A stretch of 64,000 nucleotides of DNA. Origin: Octopus vulgaris (Eukaryota). Positions 38,058 through 49,902 of the stretch are shown here, in pieces. The stretch spans positions 144,894,001 through 144,958,000 of the forward strand of contig OX597818.1 of the NCBI GenBank assembly GCA_951406725.2. The letters are read 5' to 3'. Below the pieces are notes generated by a model that saw nothing but the letters and a program-made list of their open reading frames with translations, ran no database searches and was not told where the DNA came from. How positions within the stretch are numbered: the first letter of the stretch is position 1; each line of letters starts with the position of its first letter. Position numbers and translations under genes: made by a program.

Positions 38058-39271
38058 CTGGTAATGGAAGAATTGGTGACGCGCATCCTCGATGATAGTG
38101 ATGCTGTTGACATCGTTTTATTGGACTTTGCCAAAGCTTTTGACTCGGTTAACCACCGCCTATTACTTGTCAAGCTTCAAGCATATAGTTTCCATCCGGA
38201 TATTGTACGATGGGTTGGTGCCTTCCTCTCAGATCGCTCCTTCCAAGTCCAAGTTAATGGTTCGCGGTCCGACGTCTCCAGTGCGAGCAGTGGCGTGCCT
38301 CAAGGTTCAGTGCTTGGGCCCTTATTGTTTTTAGTCTTCATAAATGACTTGCCCGACGACCTCACGCAACATACCCTTCTATTTGCCGACGATGTCAAAC
38401 TGGTCGTTCCTCGCGGTGATATAGAGGATCTTCGTCGATGCCTCCACCAAATTTGGAGGTGGTCTAACGAATGGGACCTGTGTCTGAACGTGTCAAAGTG
38501 CTGTCATCTGCCTGTTGGCTCTCCTCCTGCAACTCAACTTGATTTCGAGCCGGGTCGTCTGCTGCTGGAGAGGACCGATCAGGTAAAGGACCTGGGTATC
38601 TTGGTCGATTCCTCCTTTTCGCCTTCGGCCCAGTGCGTCCATGCTGCCAACAAAGCACGCGGAATTCTGTTCTTGATTCGACGGTCATTCGGAATGCTCA
38701 CAGCAGCCATATTCCTACCACTCTATTGCACGCTGGTGAGACCCATATTGGAGTACGGGATTCAAGCCTCTTCTCCTTATCTCCTCAAAGACATACAGCA
38801 TCTCGAAAGAGTCCAGAAGCTGGCTACCCGCATGGTTCATGGTCCCAAAAATTTGTCTTATGAAGAAAGGCTGAGGACGCTCGACCTTTATTCTCTAGAA
38901 AACGCCGCCGCCGTGGTGATCTCATTCTCGCTCACAACATCATAAGCGGAAAGTGTAACCTCTCGAAAGAGCTGTTCTTCACTCCTGCTCCAGAGCGTCG
39001 GCTGCGGGGTCATTCCGAAAAGCTCTACCTGCGACGATTTCATCTCAATCGAAGGAGAGGAGCTTTCTCCGTCCGGGTTGCGGTTCCGTGGAACAAGCTG
39101 CCAGACGAGATGGTGAAGATGCCGACGACCGCTTTGTTCAAAGTCTCCCTGGACCTCAAGTGGCCTGAACTCTTTACATGAACACCACCCTGTACTTAAC
39201 TCCATGTCCCTCTACATGGCCTTGCTATTTGCTTTTGAGCCAAAAATTAACTAACTAACTAACTAACTAAC
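38058..39271 (+). mobile_element. CR1-group LINE, 5'-truncated copy 3 (RT core to C-terminus, one frameshift at ~38900)
   Basis: RT motifs LLDFAKAFDSVNH, GVPQGSVLGPLLF, LFADDVKL and KDLGI. A 1-nt deletion relative to copy 2 lies at LEK/RRR, the stop is at 39179-39181, and there is a (TAAC)n tail. Confidence 0.95.
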
Positions 39272-39355
39272 ATATGAACCAAAATAGAAAGCGTTACCAA
39301 TATTAATGATATTATTTACAATTGACAGTTATTTGTCCTCATCTTGTTTGTTGTT

Positions 39356-39400
39356 AACACAACGTTTCGGCTGATATACCTCCAGCCTTCATCAGGTGTC
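39356..39400 (-). ncRNA. Minimal type I hammerhead ribozyme (left arm)
   Basis: The minus strand reads GACAC-CUGAUGA-A-GGCUG(GAGGUAUAU)CAGCC-GAAA-CG-UU-GUGUU. Confidence 0.8.
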
Positions 39401-39466
39401 TTGGGAATTTTCGAACCTGGGTTCTCATTCCTAAGGTATGAGAACCTAGGTTCGAAATTTTCCCAA

Positions 39467-39512
39467 GACACCTGATGAAGGCTGGAGAGTATATCAGCCG
39501 AAACGTTGTGTT
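39467..39512 (+). ncRNA. Minimal type I hammerhead ribozyme (right arm)
   Basis: GACAC-CUGAUGA(39472-78)-A-GGCUG(GAGAGUAUAU)CAGCC-GAAA(39500-03)-CG-UU-GUGUU. The core is canonical, stem I is GACAC/GUGUU, helix III is the palindrome ACGU, and cleavage is predicted after 39507. Confidence 0.82.
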
Positions 39513-40418
39513 AACAACAAACAAGATGAAGACAAATATAGGTCAATTGTAAATATGTAAATAATGTACATAATTCCTCATCTCTTAAAAATAGAACTGT
39601 AGTATTAATGACATCAAATGTTGAAAGAATGGCCAGTGTGAAAGGACCAATTCTGAGCATAAAGAAATGAAAGAAGGGCTCTTGTCCAGTTGATCAGGCA
39701 CCCGTGGCTTTTGTGGGCTTTTCCACGAGGACCTTTAAAGTACCTCCCCTATTAGGACTTTTACCTTGTTCAATTTTATTTATTTATTTATTGTTTACAC
39801 GATGAAAACCCTTTGTCTCGTCTTGTGTTGTCTTTACGTTGTTTGCATATCCTTTAATGTTGTTTTATGTAAGCCCTTGTGGCTAATAAAATAATGAATT
39901 AGTAATGACATCATTTAAAACGGTGAGCTGACAGAATCGTTAGCATGCCGAGCAAAATGCTTAGCAGCAACTCGTCCGTTTTTACGTTCTGAGTTCAAAT
40001 TCCACCGAGGTCGACTTTGCCTTTCATCCTTTCGGGGTCAATAAATTAAGGACCAGTGAATCACTGGAATCGACTAGTCTCCTCCTCACAAATTCCAGGC
40101 CTTGTGCCTTTAGTAGAAAGGATTATTTATGACATCATTTAAGCCGGCGAGCTGTTAGAATCGTTATCTTGCCGGGCAAAGATGCTTGGCGGTATTTCGA
40201 CCGTCTTTACGTTCTGAGTTCAAATTCCGCCGAGGTCGACTTTGCTTTTCATCCTTTAGAGATCGATAAAATAAGTACCAGTTGAGTACTGAGATCGATG
40301 TAATCGACTATCTCCCTCCACCAAATTTCAGGCCTTGTGTTTATAGTAATCCTATAGGATTATTAATGACATCAAAAATGTGGCGAGCTGGCATTATCGT
40401 AATCACACCTGACAAAAT

Positions 40419-41065
40419 GCTTTTGACCGACAGATTTAGAAAATAATCTTTTGTAACTAAACACTTTCAAACTTCGGACACTGGTAGAATGTGTCATATA
40501 AACCATCTTTTACTCTTAGCATTTTTGAGAAAGCTTATATTTACGAAGTTATTTCACGTTAAAGTAGTCGTATTTCGGTAATTTCAACCAATCAATGACG
40601 TGTATCCAGCTGAATAAAATTACTGCGGTTGTTTGTCAACAAGAACTTCCAGCGGTGTATATTTCGTTTGTCACTGTTATTTATGACAACCCTAACCCTA
40701 ACACCCTAGCCCTAAAACCCTAACCCTAACCCTAAAACCCTAACCTTAAAACCCTCAAGTTAAAACCAGTACAAACGCACGAACGATGTCATAATAGCAA
40801 TTACAAACGAAAAACCCACCGCCGATAGTTTTTGTTGACAAACAACGACAGTAATTTTATGCAGCTGAATACACGTCATCGATTGGTTGAAATTACCGAA
40901 ATACGACTTCTTTAACGTGAAATAACTTCGTAAATATAAGCTTTCTCAAAAATGCTAAGAGTAAAAGATATTTCATATGACACATTCTACCAGTGTCCGA
41001 AGTTTGAAAGTGTTTAGTTACAAAAAATTATTTTTTAAATCTGTCGGTCAAAAGGTAAAGATCCT
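40419..41065. mobile_element. Long-TIR fold-back MITE (Merlin-like) with a central (CCCTAA)n tract
   Basis: The arms 40419-~40690 and ~40785-41054 are reverse complements. The right end is AAAGATCC, it shares CACATTCTACCAGT...GAAGTTT with the 33961 MITE, and the left terminus is clipped. Confidence 0.85.
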
Positions 41066-41375
41066 CGGCATTTCCTCCGGTTCCTTACGTTTCGAATTCA
41101 ATTACTACTGAGGTCCATTTTATCTTTTATCCTTTCAGAATGGGTAGAATAAATACCAGTCAAGTTATTGGGATCAACTAAACCCTCGCCTCAGAATTTC
41201 AGACCTTTGTATTTTGAACAAAATATTATTAACGGGCCATTAAGGTGACAGGTTGGCCGAACAAACGCTTAGCGACATTTCTTCCGACTCTTTATGTTCT
41301 GAGCTCAAATACCGCGGAGATCGGTTTTACCTTTCATCCTTTCGGGAAAGATGAAATAATTACCAGTTGAACAAT

Positions 41376-42764
41376 GGTTTTTTTTTCCTATTGAAGTGGC
41401 AATGTTCTGTTTCTTAAAATTTTGTTCCAGTTGTTTCAAATTTGGTTTACTGATTTAATTGTGTATACTAATTATGAAAATAAAATCTTTTTTTGTCATA
41501 AATTAACAATTAAAAAGGAAGCACGCAGCTCGGATAACGGACAGAGTCAACGACTATTGGAAAAGTTGCAAAAATAACTGAGTAAATGTGTGAAAACTTT
41601 ACCGGTGAGTATGTTAAATAATAAGACACTAAAAGAGAATGACTCTCCCCAGACACAACAAAATATACTTCAACACACGAACTCACATAAAGAATCTTGC
41701 AAACCAAATCCAAAAACAGTTAAAAAGTTAATAGCTTTAAAAGTTTGCAAATTTTGGGTAATTTTACCCGATCGAAAGCCAGACATATTGGTGCCTATTT
41801 CCATAGTAACAAGCAAAGCTGTAGTCTACTTAAACAACCACAGTGTGTACTTTCTTTACCTGTGTTTTTTTCTTTGACGAATGCCTATTTCTGGACCTTT
41901 CTACTCATTTTCTTCATTTTAACCTTTTTCTTTTTTGAGAAACGGATATTTTCAGTTGCTGTTTTATTTTTATAATTTTGAATTGTGTGTTTTCCTGGAC
42001 CTTTTCAACCTAAATACAAGCGTGACAGTAGCCAACTAGTTTAACCTTTCGAGTATGATGGAGAAAATGAAAACCGAGGAGGATGCAATTTCTTACTTTC
42101 AAAAGACAGGTATTATTCCCAAATGAAAAATGCGTAAAGAAAGGCTTACCACCGTGTATATAATTTCTTGGACGAGTAAAATTGTAACTCAAACCCTAAT
42201 CCTAAGCTCTAATCGTGACCATAAACCCTAACCCTAAATCCAAAGCCTAAGCCTAAACCCTAACTCTAATCCTAAACCCTATCCTTAACCTTAAACCCTA
42301 AACTTAACCCTAACCCTAAATCCTAACGTGCAGTCTTTTTTGTTTTTGTAATTTTTCGCAAAATATTTCGTGGAGGATTGTTTCCTATTTAAATTATTCA
42401 CATATATATGTTCGACCCTTTCACATGACTTTATTCATTAAAACTTCAAAACTTCTTACAACTTTCGTCATCGTAATGATTTACTTTCATTTAGTTTAAT
42501 AAAAATTCGTCGTCATAATGTTTTTGTTTTCACTTTGTGATAGACATCTATCACGCAGAAAATGCCAGCTTCCAAATCCTGTTTTCTAATAGGATAAAAA
42601 TAATCAAACTTTAAACCTTTGTTACACTATCATAAAAAATTTCAGGAACATACATATGAGTAACAAAATCGGATTCAGCGTAAAAAATTACATGAATATA
42701 CCAAGTTTGAAAATTTTTACTTACTTTAAAATGTCAAAATCTGTGACAGCAACAGAAAAGATCC
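41376..42764 (+). mobile_element. Merlin-like deletion derivative with transposase N-terminal remnant and CCCTAA array
   Basis: Termini GG...AAAAGATCC inside a SINE with a near-duplication GAACAAT/GAACATT. 42055-42140 encodes MMEKMKTEEDAISYFQKTGIIP(x)EKC, resembling Merlin/ISXO2 N-termini. A degenerate telomere-like array spans 42190-42326. Confidence 0.6.
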
Positions 42765-43264
42765 GAACATTTGGGATCGATATAATCGACCGGCCCCTCT
42801 CCGACAAAATGTCAGGCCCTGTGCCTATAGAAGAAAGGATTATTATTTTTATCTTCGAACCTTACATGTCATTTATGAATCTGTCAAACAGAAGTTGTTC
42901 ATAGGGATTCCTTAATTTCATTTTCGATGTTAGTTTGGATTCCAATATAAATCTGGATTATATTCACAGCCACATAAAGGCATAATGAGGGGTTGCTAGT
43001 CGTTCCCCAGCCTTTGGAATAAAAGTATAGGGATGCAAAGTTCCCTTTGGCTTACCGCGTCTGTCAGTTAAAGTTAGGTCGTCAAAAGTGTCCTTACATC
43101 TCCGAGCTCTAAAAATCATTGTCACGCTCCTAGTGTCACACACTCTAACATACAATAATATGAAACAATTGTGGCTACGGCTTTCAATTTCTCATATTGG
43201 CACAAGGCTGGAAAATGGGTGAGTTAGTCATTAATAACGACCCCAAAACTTGGCTGGTATCTTT

Positions 43265-43540
43265 TATCTTTTACTTGTTTCAGTCATTAGATTGCGGTCA
43301 TGCTGGGGCACCGCCTTGAAGGGTTTTAGTCGAACGAATAGAACCCCAGGACTTATTTTCATAAGCCTGGTACTTATTCTATCAGTCTCTTTTTGTCGAA
43401 CTGCTAATTTATGATGACATAAACAAATCGACGCCGTTCTGTAGCAGTGGTGGGAGACAAACACAAAGACACACACAAACAAAAACACTCGCTCGCGAAG
43501 GGTTCTTTCAGTTTCCGTCTACTAAATCCACTAATAAGAC
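43265..43540 (-). mobile_element. SINE family B 3' portion
   Basis: CTTTTACTTGTTTCAGTC...TTCTTTCAGTTTCCGTCTAC is the reverse complement of family B. Confidence 0.75.
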
Positions 43541-44004
43541 CTTGATCATTAATAGAAATGAAAGCCAGAGTTGATCTCTGGTATTTGAACTCGGGACGTA
43601 AAGAACCGAGACAAATAGCACAAAACATTGTGCCTACACACAAGCGACTTTGTGATCCGATCCTCAAACCATTTTGTCATATTTCTTTGGAAAACATACT
43701 CTGTTATAGCTTTGTTAGGCTCTACGCAAACAAACTAGTGGAGACGAGAAGACGTTTATCAAAGGTTTATTACTTTACGTACCTCAGGGCTTAAGTCGTC
43801 ATTTATTTCCGTTTAGTTCACTCAGAATCGTTTCACACTCACCGTTGACATTCTTTTGTTTTTCTCCTACCGGAAGTCCCTTTGTCTTCTTGCTGACCCA
43901 CTTCCTTGCTAGCCCGCAGCGAAGTTTCTGTCTATAATTAGTCTCACGAATTCTGCCCTACACTCTGAAGAATTTAGTAAAATAACTTTGTCATTATTAA
44001 GGTG

Positions 44005-44438
44005 GGATCTTTTCGGCTTGAACGGCAGTTTTTTCTAGCTGCGTCATATGAAATTGTCACCCATAATTATGATCCTAGTATCGATCTATTGCATTTCAAT
44101 CTGTTTTAGGGTTAGGGTTAGTTAGGATTAGGGTTAGAGTTAGGGTTAGGGGGAATAGTATCTTTTTTTCTTCACAAATGTAAATAAACCCAATCTGTTT
44201 CTTAAACGAGTGACATATTCATATGGCACAGAATGTTTTCACCTCAATAGATGTCATTGATTGGTTGAAATTGCAGAAATTGAAGAAAAAAAACAACAAA
44301 TATCTTACAAACTATAGAATTTTCTCAATAAAGCCAAGGGAAAAAGATGTTTTATAAACACATTCTACCAGTATACGAAGTTTAAAATTTTTTAGTTACT
44401 GCCGTTTTTAGTTACTGCCGTTCAAACCGAAAAGATCC
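44005..44438. mobile_element. Merlin-like MITE with TTAGGG repeats, copy 2
   Basis: Collinear with 33961-34371. TIRs GGATCTTTTCGG...CCGAAAAGATCC, with flanks TAAGGTG/TAAGGCG. Confidence 0.88.
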
Positions 44439-45213
44439 TAAGGCGTTATTTGAAAAAAAAAACCCCAAAAGCTTGAAATATGAGGGAAGATTTTAATTTT
44501 GATGACTTTAAAACAGGAAATTTGTATCATAGAACCAGGAACGGTCTCAGACGGGTTGATATTCACTCCTTCATGCTCCAGACGAACGAACTTAATAAAA
44601 TTACTATCAGTTAATCTCTGCAATTTCAACTACTTCCCACATGAGTAGAGTTGTGGTGATCTTAATCTGTATTGATATCACACGGGGAATGGTTTGTAGC
44701 ACTGACGGAGAAAGGTCATCAACTAACCAAATTAAGTTTGCAAGAACGTAAAAAAGAAACATCATTTGAATAGATTATGAATTTGAGGAGTGAGATGAAA
44801 TAAACCTGATAGTTTTCTCAACAAGGAAGGAATACTGGAACATTGTGAACCCTTACTTTACAAAATCAAAGAATAATTCAGTTTATTGAGAAGGTCGTAC
44901 ATTGGTATTTGGAATGAAGAACATGCAGTATTTGTTCCGGCTCTTTGCGTTTTAAGTTTAAATTCGCTGTGATCTGTTTAGGCAGTAGACTTAATCGGTC
45001 ACTCAGTTTAGCATCGCCACATGGTTCTAAGGTGTTTTTAGTGGAGCCAAATTTGTTGCAAGCATTCAGTCAAGGTTTCCGATTTAGAGAAATCTTCCCC
45101 CTCTCCTTCCTACCCTGAAATGGGTCATGGGCACCACTTTCTCTTTTAAGCGATAAAAAACGAGATGGCGTTTGCACTGATTATGTACACTATATAAAAA
45201 AGATTCATCTGCA

Positions 45214-45310
45214 GATTATTATTATTATTATCATTATTATTATTACTATTATTATTACTATTTATTATTATTATTATTATTATCATTATTATTATTACTA
45301 TTATTATTAC

Positions 45311-45363
<53 letters not shown>

Positions 45364-45390
45364 TATTATTATTATTACTATTATTATTAC

Positions 45391-45476
<86 letters not shown>
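45214..45476. repeat. Long imperfect (ATT)n microsatellite with higher-order duplication
   Basis: Direct reading. The interruption pattern ACTATTATTATTACTATTT recurs three times. Confidence 0.95.
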
Positions 45477-45480
<4 letters not shown>

Positions 45481-46124
45481 ATTGCTAAAGGTGGTGGATT
45501 GACAGAACCGTTAAAGTGCCGGATCTTTACTTTTTGAGTTCAAGTTTCGCTGAGATCATCGTTGTCTTTCATCCTTCGGGAGACGATAAAATAAAATACC
45601 AGTCGAGTACCAAGGTCTATTTAAATGGCTAATATACCCTGTGCCTATATTGGAAAGAACTACGAAAGGTAGCAGACTGGCAAGATCGTTAAGCGCCGGA
45701 CAAAAGTATTTGCATTTTGTGGGCTTTTGCGGTTGGTCGAAATTCAAACCTTGTTAGGGTCGGCTTTGCCTTCCACTTTCTGTCAGTGAGCCTGTGTAAA
45801 AACTTATTATTTATTTGTCTGTTACAAATTGAAAAAATAAAAAGGAGAAAAAGTAGCACCCATGGATACAAAGAAGGAATCAACCTCGGTCTCTATTTCT
45901 GAATTGAATTACGAAGTAAAACGATCCACTCTGAAGAAATATACTCACATAATAAATATGTAATGTTATGTAGCTGGCAAGCTTAATTAAGCTGCAGAGT
46001 CTAAAAATCTTAGTACGCAAGGGTCATCTTAGAAACTACCATTATTTATAGTGTGAAAACAAACTATATTGCAACCTCCCCATTGCCTTCATAACCGGGT
46101 TCCAGTATGTCTTGTCGTGTCCGG

Positions 46125-46184
<60 letters not shown>

Positions 46185-46499
46185 ACTCACACATACACGC
46201 ACGCACATTGGCATACAAAGAGATTTATTACTTATATTCAAGGAAGAGGAGAAGTGTAGAATTGCTGTATATATTCTCTACTGGGAAGAAAAAAAATTAT
46301 TCCTGCTTTTAGTGACGAAATTCTTTTCAATAGAGAAACGGTGCCAACTGGGGAAAGAAAAGCAAACATTTTTTTTATATTATGAACATTTGCCAAAATA
46401 ACATTAATAACTTTTATAATTTCGACCTATCATGAATAATGTCAATAGAGAAATAAGAACGTGAATGTAGACACGTGAAATTTATGGTGACAGTAGCAG

Positions 46500-48100
46500 T
46501 TCTGTCTCGAAAAATAGATTAGAACAACGGTAAGGAACAACGATGGAGAAAACAATGCGCGAACTGTAGTTCATTCAGTTTGTCGTAGTCTTAAGACTGA
46601 TCGACCAACTCTATCTGTCTGTGAGGTATGGAATGGATTTCCAGAATGCATCAGTGCGTACTTTGAAAAATCGTAGTCGGTCATCCAGGTCATATTTAGA
46701 CAGAATATTCATTTGATTAGTTGTCAGGATAGTAAAGATATATTATTGGCTGGATAGCTCAAGTTTGTGATATGTAAAGGTCAACTTAGATAAGACGTGC
46801 AGAAAGGCGTCGGATGTTGGCAGCTGACTGTGTCGTTTCTTCGCACGTAAAGCCTACAAATGCGAAACTGACAAACTGCAATTGACGGGGGTTACTGCAA
46901 CTAATAGATGGTAGGTGAGTTAGATATTAAAAATTCGAGTATAATCGACTAGTTTTAGTAAGAACACAACTAGCGTTGGAAAATATTAGACTAAAGAGGG
47001 AGTTGGTTGGTAGAATGGGAGAGGAATGAAGGAAAATGTCAAAACCCATTTGCTGATGGTGAGATTGGTCTTTGACCATTCATTATTCATGATAAAATGC
47101 ATGCTCCAAGACACGAAGGCACGAAAGCCGTTGATTGATCCTGAGTGGAAATGATTCAACGTGGCAATAAAACTACTTTACGGTGTTTGACAGACCATTG
47201 TAGATTTGTGGTATCCATTTTCTAGCAGGTGCTTGGGGAAGAAGCGAACTGGAAACGGTAATCGTTTGAGTCTTCAAGGATAGTTTATGACAACTGTCTC
47301 AACAGAAAAGTTAAAGCACTGAGAATGAAGCCGTAACAGTATCTGACAAGTCAAACGAACACAATTCGAAAGGATTTGTTTGCTCAAGTTTTAGTTGACG
47401 TGTGCTGTAACGGAAAGTAGATTGGGAAATTTCCCAGCTGTGTGATTCAGAGTATAGTGGTTCCGCCGAAGAACGATGCAGTGACAGAATTTTACTTCAC
47501 AATTTATGCATAAAATTTTGCTCTATGCAAAGATAAAATTTTCAGCTGATATACTACCCAAGTGTTTACAGTTCTTCCTTGATTTGTTGTTGGAGCCATA
47601 CAAACATCCACAATTTACGGGAGATCTTTCCATAAGAAACCCATCATCATTTGACTGGATACATTTAGTTAGTTTTGGTGAAACCCTGATCAATTTAGAG
47701 TTGTTGAACGCGTCTCAAGGGACTGATTATTGCTGTCCTAAAGCGACCAGTTCCATTTTCAGAGATTGAATCACAGTATTTTACAGCAGCATCTGTTTAG
47801 TGATGAGAGTTAATGGCCATATATCGGAATCTTTCGGCATCATCAGCTCGGTTTGTCAAAGTTCGTTTCCCTCTCTCGTCGTTTCTGTCTGTATTAGTTT
47901 TGTGTCCTTATTGACAATAGTGGGCAACTGGCACAAAAGGTTAGTGTCTGCATACGTGGACAACCTCAGAAATTGAACTGATCTGCATCTGAGACTGATG
48001 GGAGGAAGGAAGGTAGCCTCCTGAGTGGTTTCACGATCAAATGAGAACAGATTAGCCACCTATTTTTAATAGAAGATTATACCTTTATAATGAAAGCGGC
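46500..48100 (-). pseudogene. Possible heavily decayed Penelope-like retroelement ORF (RT C-terminus and GIY-YIG)
   Basis: Minus-strand fragments RFRYM (YVDD-like region, ~47830), LLENGYHKS (~47220), AVCQF...EETT (~46850) and CILEIH (~46640) occur in PLE order. All matches are weak and by eye. Confidence 0.35.
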
Positions 48101-49247
48101 AATCAAAGGTACCCAAATGCATTTTTAGTTTTAACAAACATACGAAATCTAAGAGATGACCATCCGCAATTTTCACCTGTCATCTTGAATACATATATAC
48201 ACATACAAGAGATGAACGCAGAACACCATACATTTTGGTATTTGGGAAGAGAGTGGATTTAGTTGTATGAAAAGAGAGAAAAATTAGGATGAAATACAAA
48301 ACGTGTTCAGTTCATACTGAAAAGTGATTCATTTCTATCAGCCAGGTCAGTGTAGTTGAGTTGTCCTCGGCATTTTATACACATTCTATATTGTTAACTA
48401 GATTTTGTTGGAGATGATAAAGATGTATATCAAAGGTAGTGAACTTCTCACTATGCAATCATATACACTGTCTTGAAACGGACGTTGTGAAGGTATAAAT
48501 TTTCAAGATGAAAGAAATCCGACTATTGGCTTATATAGAAAAATAACAAAGGAAAAATATCTAAAGTCAAGAGAAATGAAAAGCTTAACATTTCTTTTAT
48601 GTTAGGCCCTACCTTATACACCAGAACTATTTTCTTTCCACAACAGACCGACTAAGCAAATTGAAATTACTTTCAAAGCAGAAACGGTCGGCTAAGAAAG
48701 TTATTCAGACTCAACCGGATTCTCAAAGTAATTGTAAATCATGAGGCAAAGAAGTTTCATTCCGATCCTCTAAGAATCTAATTATATTAGAGCTAGTGTG
48801 AACATGCTGGACATTTATAATACAAATAACATTGGCAAATAGATGAAAGCAAATATGCAAAAAACTGAAATACGGTACCCTTAATAAACACATAGAAAAT
48901 AGTCTTGGGACCCCCTCCCTCCCCCAGAGAAAAATTGAACAATACTTCAGACGTCACAGCAAATCAATCAGGTACTGATTAGTGACTGATAAATCTAAAT
49001 CCTCTTAAAATCTTATACCATGAAGTTCTTTAAAGTTGCTCAAGGTCAATATTCAAAGAAGAGGTAATAAGAAAGAAGCCGACAATGTGAGGTCAAATTT
49101 GGTTGACTAACAACGTTGTGTCTGCATAATCAATGTCAGTAAGACAAAAACTTGAATATGTCAAGAATAATAAAGCTGATTTATGAATCTATACATATTC
49201 ATATGTGTATGTTTGCGCGCGCACATGAGCGTTGAACTGATATTAAA

Positions 49248-49475
49248 GGCGGCGAGCTGGCAGAATCGTTAGCACGCAGGGCGAAATGCGTAGCCGTATT
49301 TCATCTGCCGTTACGTTCTGAGTTCAAATTCCGCCGGGGTCGACTTTGCCTTTCATCCTTTCTTGGTCGATAAATTAAGTACCGGTTACGCACTGGGGTC
49401 GATGTAATCGACTTAATCCGTTTGTCTGTCCTTGTTTGTCCTCTCTATGTTTAGCCCCTTGTGGGCAATAAAGAA

Positions 49476-49476
<1 letters not shown>
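49248..49476 (+). mobile_element. tRNA-derived SINE, family A (CpG-intact copy)
   Basis: GGCGGCGAGCTGGCAGAATCGTTAGCACG...GAGTTCAAATTCCGCCGGGGTCGACTTTGCCTTTCATCC. Confidence 0.9.
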
Positions 49477-49542
<66 letters not shown>

Positions 49543-49679
49543 ATTCTTTTACTTGTTTCAGTATTTGACTGCGGCCATGCTGGAGCACCGCTTTATAAAA
49601 AATGTTTGTTTTTAAAGAAAGAATGTGGTTCAGAACGCTATCTGTTAACAAACTGATTGGTCAACGTTCATGTATTAAA

Positions 49680-49902
49680 CTCATACGGCACAGAATATTT
49701 TCACCTCTATAGACGTCATTGATTGGTTGAAATTGCAGAAATTGAAGAAAAGAAACAAATATTTTACAAGCTATAGAATTTTCTCAATAAAACCAAGAGA
49801 AAAAGATGTTTTATAAACACATTCTACCAGTATACGAAGTTTAAAAGTGTTTTGTTACGTGGAAATTATTTTAAAAAGCTGCCGGTCAAACCGAAAAGAT
49901 CC
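49680..49902. mobile_element. Merlin-like MITE, right half only (copy 3)
   Basis: Matches 34157-34371 and ends AAACCGAAAAGATCC. Confidence 0.85.

Larger units (their letters stand above)
39313..39555. mobile_element. Fold-back pair of the hammerhead-bearing 3' module of the 33.2-kb element
   Basis: 39313-39428 is the reverse complement of 39438-39555 with a 9-nt spacer. The sequence matches 33345-33460. Confidence 0.9.
39920..42840 (+). mobile_element. Head-to-tail array of four family A SINEs, two interrupted by Merlin-like elements
   Basis: Heads at ~39920, 40143, 40380 and 41242. The third and fourth copies resume after insertions, at 41066 and 42765. Confidence 0.78.

Noticed and set aside
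42190-42326. True telomere or chromosome fusion site
   Set aside because: The tracts are short, degenerate and enclosed within transposon termini.
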